DNA from: Naegleria gruberi
Lineage: Eukaryota
Reading direction: 5' to 3' (one strand)
Length of the DNA stretch: 64,000 bases
Assembly (NCBI GenBank): GCA_000004985.1
Contig: GG738859.1
The position numbers and the translations under genes were made by a program. Below the pieces are notes generated by a model that was given only the letters and a program-made list of their open reading frames with translations, searched no databases and had not been told where the DNA came from. Positions 52,073 to 61,360 of this stretch are shown one piece after another; the first letter of the stretch is position 1, and every line of letters begins with the position of its first letter.

Positions 52073-53788
52073 TCAATGATTACTGTATTTTACATTTCCT
52101 TTTTTCAAATCAATCACTACAACAGTGTCCATAGCTGCTGTTTGAGTGATAAGAAATAACTCTCCATTACTTCTTACCTCTCCAAATACAGATTCTGATT
52201 CTCTATTTAAATTCATAGGTCCATTACCAGCTCGGTTGAGTGATACAAAGTGTTCACGACTTGGTTTCAAAACTATATTTTCTTTGTAAACTAATGAACC
52301 ATCATCTAGTCTGACTCGTTCTAAACGAGATTTCAAATAGGAAGGATCGATGTGAATAAACATTAAATCAAATAGATATCTCCTGTCTAGTTCATCAAGA
52401 GGAGTGTTGTCTCTTCTTTCTGACCTTCTCTTTCTAATAGTTACGCCATCAAGGGGAATCCACAAATATTTTGTTTCGAAAAAACCAGAATAAGATTGAA
52501 ACTCAAGATTTCTGCTCCACTTTTCAGTACAGTCCATTGAGATTAGCACATTGTCTGCTTTTCTATGTTGATATTTGAATTCTAGTAAGCAAACTCTATT
52601 GAGTGTATAGAGTATCACATTAGTTAACATGGTAACATGTTGGTCATTGTCATTTTGTTGCTCCACTGAAAGAGTAGCCATTTGTAAAATAATATCCTCA
52701 TAGAAATACATTAATATTCGTCCAGTCAAGGCATGAATGAGAATGTAACACTGGTTTTCATCTTCATCCATTGGTTGTAACAGGAAATTTCCAGAGACAA
52801 CATCCATCAAGCGCATTGGAATGTTCACTCCTGGAATACCCTTCACCTTATTAAATAGATTTCTAATATCAATACTCCACAATTTTTGTCCATTCTCAAT
52901 ATTCCAAGCATGGAATGTTTTAAATTCACTGCAAAATGTATCCACAATTCCGAATTCATTATTTACAGCATCGTTGAGATGAATTTTCTTGTTGGGGCCA
53001 TCTTCATTCTCCCAAACGAGACTTCCATTCGAACAATCCAGGACCTTGATTCCAGATGTGTTGATACCCATTAACACATAATTCTTTCTTGGGTAGTGAT
53101 AAATATTGGTACAATTGACTAACCTAGTCAAATAATTTTTCTTTTCTTTTTCAAATCTAAGCAGCGGTTCCAATCGAATCGACCAAACTTGATTTCCAAA
53201 CAAATCAAAATATTCTACAGTTTCATGTTTTACAATAATTCCTCCCATTTTCTTTGCGATTTGAGATTCTTCCAATCCTTTTTCTCCTCTCAATACCTTA
53301 TCCATATTTTCATTAGTAATATTTACAGAAATGTACAAATCAATATCATAAGTTAAGTTATCAAAACTATTATTCGGATGAAAAAAATGATAGCCATAAT
53401 ATCCACCCTCCTTATATTGTGCAGGAATATCAGAGAGACAGTAGGCACTCTTTTTCATCAGTGGAAAAGAACATAACTTGTATGAACCATTTCCATTCCG
53501 AATCATTTCAACAACACTCCCCCTAATTAGAAATTTCCTATAATTCAATCTCCTACTCAATTCTTTAAATAAATCCAACCAGGTAACTTTTTCAGTGATC
53601 AAACTTTTCCATTCTCTCCTAGCCTCTTCTCCATAATAATCAACGAAATAATTCATCCACAGAAAATCATTCGTATCTATCAATTGATGCCAACTCCGAC
53701 AACATGTAGAGATGTAGTTGAGGAGAAAATGTGGAGGAAGCATTGAAAAAATTGTCAACAATATTTCCTCTGGTACATTTTCAAACAT
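52073..53788 (-). CDS. F-box protein (~571 aa from the first ATG)
   Basis: The track start 53863 is an alternative TTG. The ATG at 53788 gives MFENVPEEILLTIFSMLPPHFLLNYISTCCRSWHQLIDTNDFLW (F-box). The C-terminal ~450 aa are uncharacterised. Confidence 0.55.
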   Translation of the reverse strand: MFENVPEEILLTIFSMLPPHFLLNYISTCCRSWHQLIDTNDFLWMNYFVDYYGEEARREWKSLITEKVTWLDLFKELSRRLNYRKFLIRGSVVEMIRNGNGSYKLCSFPLMKKSAYCLSDIPAQYKEGGYYGYHFFHPNNSFDNLTYDIDLYISVNITNENMDKVLRGEKGLEESQIAKKMGGIIVKHETVEYFDLFGNQVWSIRLEPLLRFEKEKKNYLTRLVNCTNIYHYPRKNYVLMGINTSGIKVLDCSNGSLVWENEDGPNKKIHLNDAVNNEFGIVDTFCSEFKTFHAWNIENGQKLWSIDIRNLFNKVKGIPGVNIPMRLMDVVSGNFLLQPMDEDENQCYILIHALTGRILMYFYEDIILQMATLSVEQQNDNDQHVTMLTNVILYTLNRVCLLEFKYQHRKADNVLISMDCTEKWSRNLEFQSYSGFFETKYLWIPLDGVTIRKRRSERRDNTPLDELDRRYLFDLMFIHIDPSYLKSRLERVRLDDGSLVYKENIVLKPSREHFVSLNRAGNGPMNLNRESESVFGEVRSNGELFLITQTAAMDTVVVIDLKKGNVKYSNH

Positions 53789-54127
53789 TTTTTTTGTTTT
53801 TACAATCAACCTTGGCAACTTTCCAAAATGAATCTGAATTAAAAGTAGTTGAAAAGAGTTCAAACTTCATTGACTTGCTTTTCAATTGTCATGTGTGTTC
53901 TTATTTCATTTAATGAAGAAATTTAAGAAAATTGAATGGAATTACAAGTTCCATTTTCACAAATTTTTGTCCTTGATTACATGCCACCCTTTCCGAAATC
54001 TCTCATTCAAATTTCTAATATTTCAATTATTTTGTGATTAAGATGGAGAGAAAAATTCACCATCAACATGTTGATGTTAATAGTAAACAAATATTTTTTA
54101 AAATTAAAAATTAAAAAAAAATTAGTG

Positions 54128-56232
54128 ATGGCAAGCGATGATTTAAAGTTCTACCTCACTCACGACAGCCCTCGTACAGCCTTGAAGGGAGTTTTCAACA
54201 CACTTTCAAAGGAAACGGCTTCATATAGTGAGTGTGTGCAATCGTTGAATCAGCTTGCTTCTAAATTATTCGGATTTGGAAATTCTGGTACACCTTGGAT
54301 TGTACTTGCAGAGAATGATGAAACCATGTATGAATACGTGATCAACTTATTAGAACCGGAAGGACCACTATTTAAAATGTTTTTTAGGAATATGGGAGAT
54401 GTTTATCAAAACACTTATTATTACCCTGTTGGAGGATTATCATTTGGAATGCGAACCTTTACTGCGGAACTTAAAGATAAGAAGAATAGTGATGCTAGTA
54501 GTTTATTGGGGATATATGTTAATACACCTGTATTTAGGTATTTCAATGAAAAGATTAAAACTATGGGAGATGGTAAAAATATTCAAGTGAGTGAGTATCA
54601 TCATATTAGAATATTAATATTAATAATTTTAAGACATGTTCGAATATTTTCTATTTTGTTTTTTCTACTTTATCATGACAAATAATAAGATGAGTTTTAA
54701 AACAGAGCAAAAGATACCAAGAACATCCGATACTGATAATTTTGCTGTAAGTTTCATCTAATAAGTGTTCACTAATTTTCAAAAGGGATTTTTATCGAAA
54801 TTGGCACCAATCCGTCCAGAAGCTTCAAGGCAATCAAGCAAAAAGCCACCTACTACTTTCTTGTTTAGCAAATATTTAAATTTCTTCTTCCCTTTAGAAA
54901 AGAGAAAAGATTACAAGAGAGAAATTTCGAATACTTTCTTATTTATTTTGACAGACTTTTTATTTAATCAAATGATTGAACGAGCAGGAAATTATTCTGT
55001 ATGTAGTGAACATTTATGCTTTATTAACCTTGGAAAAGTTTTCTACTGAAATGAACGAGAATGCTACCAAGTTTACATATTTCACATCTGTGACAGTTAA
55101 ACATTTATTAAGACTAGGAACTATTGCAGATAATATGAAATCTATTAATGAATTGACACTAGCAGCTAATTATAGAGATAATGCTTCATCTAAATTGGAA
55201 CCATACTCAATAGTGCAATATCCAGCATACAGATTTTTGAAAACCATGTTTATTGGATTGAAAAATGACAAGATATTCCCTATGAAATACTCTTTGAGTT
55301 TGTGGAAGGCCCTTCTTTGTCCTTGGAGGACAGATCAGGGACAAAATACTCCTTGGCCATTTTATATGATAGCCAATTGGTGCTTTTATTCATCTTTGTT
55401 TTCCCATTTCATGAATTGTAGATTCCCATCTGATGTTTATAATACTTCACTTGTTGATCTTGAAAGTATTTCTGATTTGTTAGATATATTTTCTGAATCA
55501 AATACTTTGGAAATTTTGAAAGGAATCAATAACATGATAGAATCTTCTGAACTACAAGAAGGCGCTTTAGTTTCACACATGAAGCATTGTGGCGAAAATA
55601 GGTTCACCTCTTTAATTTTCAGTGATAATCTCACTAAAATTGTTCAATTCAAGATTGGAGAAATTCAAGTTACCACATCCCAACAAATGAGCAGCTCACC
55701 AAGAATTAAGAATCTCTTCACAAAAGGAACCAAGTCGTTACGAAGTGATTTCGATACCAGAATCAAGCTGATGAAAAAGCTTTCCTCTAAACTTGCCCTC
55801 ATTTTCTCAGACCTTCGTGATTTTGATGTAACCAAAACACCATCAATATATTCTCCTAGAAGCTTTATTGATACACCACAATCAGTTTCAGATTTTTACG
55901 CTCAAGAGGAGTTGCAGGGTAGTGCATATCATGAGGAGTATCAGTCAATGAAAAAACTCACACCTATTGGAATAGATCTTGTTGTTACAGGAAAGCACAA
56001 ATGTGACAAGATGGATGTTTGCTTTAATAAGAAGGCTATTTACAGACCTATAGAATCCAATGAAATTTCTTGGTTAGTTGTTCCATTAATCAAACTCTCG
56101 GAAAAGTACGCACAAAAATATGGAAAAGGTGTTGACTTTAGAATTTTTGCTAATGTTTCTAATTTACTTTTTATTTTGGTAGTGATATTATTCTTGTACT
56201 TGATTTTTGTATTAATAACTTATTTTTATTAA
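54128..56232 (+). CDS. SMPD4: SMPD4-like (neutral sphingomyelinase-3 family) tail-anchored membrane protein. Exons 54128..54586, 54690..54746, 54786..54998 and 55039..56232.
   Basis: Exon 1 ...YVINLLEPEGPLFKMFF (human SMPD4 VMEFLDPGGPMMKLVY) ends at GTGAGT. There is a 57-nt micro-exon MSFKTEQKIPRTSDTDNFA. Then intron GTAAGT..CACTAATTTTCAAAAG (39 nt) and intron GTATGT..TTATTAACCTTGGAAAAG (40 nt). Exon 4 has WKALLCPWRTDQGQNTPW (human WLSYLQPWRY) and a C-terminal TM anchor LLFILVVILFLYLIFVLITYFY. The track shows the fragments as 54068..54685, 54765..55049 and 54976..56232. Confidence 0.6.
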
Positions 56233-56266
56233 AATCAATTTCGATTTTTGAAAATATTTTAAAAAA

Positions 56267-56578
56267 ATGTCATCGAATGAAGGGAAGGAATTAATTTATA
56301 AAGGAACATCGTGGGAATATGCTCAAGATTGTTTTAAATACTACAAAATATTAACTGAAAGAAAATTGGAATCAACAAAAAGATACATGCTCACATATCC
56401 AACTGTTTTTATTTCTTATGGTACTCTGATTATCGGAATGGGTGCTATCTATTTTAAAACAACAAGAGATTTGAAAAAAGCAACCCAACTTGTTAAAACC
56501 AATTTACCAGATGTGAAAAAACAGAGAGTTTTGACTCTTGTGAAGGAAGCTAATGAAGTTAAGAAATTAGGAAAATAA
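56267..56578 (+). CDS. Small hypothetical single-TM protein (103 aa)
   Basis: ATG 34 bp after the SMPD4-like stop. One hydrophobic helix TYPTVFISYGTLIIGMGAIYF. No family recognised. Confidence 0.35.
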   Translation: MSSNEGKELIYKGTSWEYAQDCFKYYKILTERKLESTKRYMLTYPTVFISYGTLIIGMGAIYFKTTRDLKKATQLVKTNLPDVKKQRVLTLVKEANEVKKLGK

Positions 56579-56643
56579 TTTATTCAAAATCTACATGTTG
56601 GAGTAAAAGAAACCTAGAATCTATCAAGTAATGAGGAATAAAA

Positions 56644-59070
56644 TTAATAGAAGAAATTGCCGCTGGCTTCTTCATAAGTAGGTGGACTGAGATCTTCAAG
56701 TGCAGGAGCAGCACCCTTTGCTCTTTCACTATCTCTATCCTCAGTCAATTCAATTTGGTGCAACAAATCTACTGGCTTCTTCTTTTCGGATTTTGGAGTC
56801 TTATTTTTACCCTTATTTTGAACCTTAAGTTGATAAGTTCGGTACTTGTCAATGAGTAATATGAAAATAAAACCAATAGCACACAAAACACCAATTACAA
56901 AAGAGCTAACACCAATTACAATCGAGTCCAAAACTATTCCTCTGCAGAATTGTTCATCCACTTTGTTAATTGCACTTGGAATAAATTGGCATGAAAGTGG
57001 GGTTGTAAACACAGTCATTATTTTTGTAATAACTGTGTCAACCAATGTAAGTGCCTTGTTGTTGATCTTTGCAACAAGAGTTGTCACAGAACCTAAAATC
57101 TCATTTGCCTTATCAGTAATTTGTTGTGGGGCTGTCTTAATATCGTTAGCAACAATAGAGTTGATAACATCAATCAGATTCTTCAATTCAACTAATTTTG
57201 CATCAACTTTGGCCAAATCAGCAAAAATTACTGTCATCTGGTTGGTTGCAGTAACATAATTTTGGTATTTTTTACAAACATCGGTGGTATTGTGAGTAGC
57301 ACAATATGTTTGAATGCTGTTTCTGTTTAAACTTGGATTAGAAGCATGAGCTGTTGCAAGTGAGGAATTGAATTTGGATTCTGCATCAGTCTTAATATCA
57401 GTCAACCCATTCTTGAATTTATCCATATCAGCGTATAAAGTGCTGGTCATTGCGTTATAATCCATTGAAAGACTTAAACTAGTCGATACGTCACCTCCAA
57501 CAGATATAGTTTTAGATATAGAAATCTGACTTGTCATTGATGAAATACTTGAACAAAAGCTGCTGTCAATACCAATAATACTTCTTATGGTTGTAATTGA
57601 TTTTTCTGATCCACCCAAAGTTTCGGTAATGAAATCAGATTTACAATTTAAAACACCCTTTGCAGCAGCTGGGATGGTTGTGTTGAACTGAGCTAGTGGA
57701 TTTCCAGTCAGGTTACCTACTAAGGAAAGGAAAGTGTCTTGTCTTGCAGGTATTTCTTTACAAATATCTTTAGTTATAATCCAAAATGCAATATGCAATG
57801 ATGAAATAATGAAAAACAACCAGAAGGTAATAAAGATACAACAAGCTGGAGCCTTGAACAAGAATTTCTTGTTTGCACAAATACCAATAGTTACCGCAAA
57901 GAAGAACAATAATGGAGCAGCAACAATAACCAATTCTACTGCAAGTCTAACAGAGTCGGCAATATTAACATATGATACATAGAGTGAAACTTGTTCAAGT
58001 CCAATTTGTTGTAATGTTGAGGAGAATTGGTTAATGGTTTGGATAATTGAATTTTGAGCAGTTACTACAGCAGAAGTGAAATACTTGTTGTTTGGGTTGG
58101 TAAATTCGTCTTCAACCTGTGAAATAGAAATACTGCAATCATCAATTTGACCTGAAATCTTAATCTTTGTCTGATTGATTACACCGTAAGCTATCCCAAT
58201 TTTTGACAAAATTCCCGATACATCAAATTGAACACCTGAAATTTGGTTGGATTTTCCTTGAGGATCATAAACTATCTTGTTGTTGATGTCATTAAGGATG
58301 ACAGCAACATCATCATGAAGCGTGTCAAATTTTGGAAGTTCATTATCCTCCAGATCCTGAACTTTGCTTCTTACATCCTCTAAAATGTCATTGATACCTT
58401 CAATAGAAACACAAATTTCTTTAGATGGGTTGATGATTAAACTCTTAATTTCTGAGACTGTCTCTGAAATAGCATTTGGCAATCCAACATTAGCAGCTCT
58501 AACAGCACCATTCAAAGTTCCATTGACGTTCGTTAACACTTCATTTCCAGTATCTATGAGTTTTCTTATATTAATACTAAAGAATGCATTGTATGCGGCA
58601 TAAACACCAGCAGCTCCCAATATTATCAAAAAGATAAGGATAATAACTGTTCCAGTACAACAAACTCTCTTTTTAGAGTAACCCGGACCAGAATAAGGAT
58701 CAAATTTCTATTCCACATCATGTTAATATTCCATCGGGAAAGTGAAACTCTAACTTACCTTTAACTTGCTTCCACCACAACAATTACAAACTCTTCTCGA
58801 ACACCAAATACCACAATCTATAATTTCAAGTAAGATACCTATCAGAATAATAGCAACCAAAACAATACCAACAAAGATTAAATAATTAAACCATTCACTA
58901 AGATTGAATAGGTTTTCATCTGAAGGCCACTTAACAGTGACTGTCGTAGGAGCAGAAATTTTGATTGCAGGCAGCTGTCCATACGAATAACTATTACAAT
59001 ATGCCAAACATAAGACAATAGCAATAAGCAATTTTGCCATCATCTTATCGAGAATCTGTATATCCCTCAT
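56644..59070 (-). CDS. Prominin-like pentaspan membrane glycoprotein. Exons 59070..58759 and 58707..56644, 51-nt intron at 58758..58708 (GTAAGT...TGGAATAG).
   Basis: Exon 1 has a signal peptide (MMAKLLIAIVLCLAYC), then TM1 (FNYLIFVGIVLVAIILIGILL) and a Cys cluster (CGIWCSRRVCNCCGG...RVCCTG). Exon 2 has TM2, a ~200-aa loop, TM3 and TM4 (AVELVIVAAPLLFFFAVTIGICA, APACCIFITFWLFFIISSLHIAFWII), a ~330-aa loop, TM5 (IVLDSIVIGVSSFVIGVLCAIGFIFILLI) and a cytoplasmic tail. Topology and the post-TM1 Cys cluster match prominin. Confidence 0.5.
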
Positions 59071-59532
59071 TTGTAGAATATCTATTGATGGTCGGGAAAA
59101 TTGTTGTTTAAGGCTTTTTTTTAAAGTTGGTTTTCATCACAACGGCTCGATCTTTTCACTACAGTCCATCATCGCGAGACAATAATATCATGTAATGGTT
59201 CTGTGTATAACGTTTTTTGTGCTGTTGGTGAGATAGATTTTTGTAGGATTAAGAATCGAGTTCCTTGAAGAACCGTTTCAAGAGGTAAAAAGACAATCAC
59301 CTTAGAATGGAGGAGTTATTAAGCAGTTTGATGAAAGAATTTGCCTTAGTTCAGTGTTCTTCATCATTAACGATGACATACGAATACTGTTCGATTCTGT
59401 TATTGGTTTTTCAGCTTGTTTCCTTCTAACTCCTTTTTCTTTCTGGATTGTTCTAATCGTTCAATCCCGCCAAGTTTATTGTTAAACTTTTTAAATTTAA
59501 AACTATGAATGGCGGGAAAAACTGTTAAAAAA

Positions 59533-61321
59533 ATGCCTGCATCTGAATCTTATCTTCATCACATACCACTCTCAGATTCTATCGGAAGTGATTCAATATT
59601 ATTTTCAAATTTATTATTATTGGGATTTGATCCACACTTACACGAGCAAAAGTAGGTTGTGATGATGCATTGTGATGATTTTAAATATTAAATAGATATA
59701 ACCTGACCTTTCATAAAGACATGTTCAAGAATACAAATATTAAAGGAATGGAAATTATAATGCACTATTTATTTCAAAAATTGGATCCAAAGAGAGCAGA
59801 GAAGGATTTTCAGTTATTATTTCCAGTCTCCGATAAAAAACAAAGAACAACTTTTAGAACTGTTGCCATGCAGTGGTTGAAGGAAATGAAAGACAGAGGG
59901 AGTATTTATATTCTCAACTTGCAACCTACTCTTCTTCAATCTGCTTATGGTGAAAAGTAAGTGGTGTTAAATTTATTGGAATATATTGACACATGACATT
60001 AGTCTTTACACACTACTTTTACAACTTTCGACTCATGCTCTAAAAATTGTATTCGAAAGAGATCATGCTGAATATTTGCAGAAATCAATACCCAAGTCTT
60101 TTTTCAGTAGATTTGAGCAATTATCGCAGCTGCAAGAAACCAAGGCAGCAAAAAATGTAATTATGGTAAGTTTATTTAATTATTCACTCATAAATTCAAT
60201 ACAATCATTAGCTTCATATAAGAAATCAAACTAGGAAATTAATCGAGTGCGCTAGAGTAGCTGTTGATAAACAAGAGAAATGGCAGGATCTAGCTCAAAA
60301 TTTGACAAATGAATACAAGGATATTATTAAACAGGAAGCTGAGCTTGACACAGCAGAAAAAGAATTCAATAGGAGAACTGATTCCTCCTTATTTAGTGAG
60401 TCTAATTCAGTTTATAGAGAAAATCAATTGGATAATGTAGCCTCTCTTTTCAAGAGGATTGAACTCCATCACCAAGAATCTGGTGAAATGAGAGAAATAG
60501 TTAATGATGTAGCGAGTGGACAGGATATTAGAATGAAAATATTCAAAGAGGATATTACAAAAGAGAATCCAAGTATTCATTTTGATAAGTTTGTGAGCAA
60601 TTATGGAGGAAGGAATAAGCTCAATTTACCTCTAATGGTTGACAATTGGACTAAGCAATTATCTACATTACAAACTTTAATGAAACATCACACTATTCAG
60701 TCGGATATAACAACAAAAGATACAACCATGTCTGCGATTGGACAACGAGATGCTCCAGCACTGATAAGAACACTCGATGAGGAATCTAAAAAGCAACAAC
60801 AATATTTAAATTCTACATCCAAGTTCTCTAAAGAAGTTTCTAACCTAGTTAACAAAATGGAAACAAATATCGAAAAGGTTAGGAAACAAATAGACATTAA
60901 TCCACCAAAAATTGCCACTAATTCCAAGTATCCCCTCATACCAATTTCTCCAAAACGAGCCAAGTTTACTAATTCCAATGAAAACTATGAGAAATATTTA
61001 TTACCCCAAGTGGATGAGGAACAAATGATTCAAGAAATGAGAATTTCCATACGGAATCACATACGAGGACCAAACAATTTTGAGCAACAACCTTCCCATC
61101 ACAATGAAAATCAACAACAACACATAATGATAGACGAGACTGCAACTGCTGTAATAGAAAATGATACTCAAGAAGAGGATAAGTGTGTAAATTTTGGAAT
61201 GGATTCAGACGAAACTGCACCAGAAATTCAACAAATACCACCTCCTAGGGCACAAGCTTATGATGAATTGACAATGGAATTGGATGATTTTGAAACATTC
61301 TCAAAGAAGAGGTTTCAATAA
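59533..61321 (+). CDS. HAUS6: HAUS6-like (augmin complex subunit 6) protein. Exons 59533..59651, 59696..59956, 60003..60165 and 60212..61321. Introns of 44, 46 and 46 nt.
   Basis: Exon 1 ...ILFSNLLLLGFDPHLHEQ ends at GTAGGT. Exon 2 KYNLTFHKDMFKNTNIKGMEIIMHYLFQKLDPKRAEKDF (human HAUS6 HTHLGVNMFDKLNRDAFHIIWQFLFNTLDPYRAKKEF) ends at GTAAGT. Exon 3 NLYTLLLQLSTHALK... (human FIHLLYHLSRHV) ends at GTAAGT. Exon 4 continues to the stop. The track fragments are 59721..59960, 59986..60234 and 60302..61321. Confidence 0.55.
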
Positions 61322-61360
61322 TTTCTCTTAAGTTTTTAATGTAAATAAATATTGTAAAAA

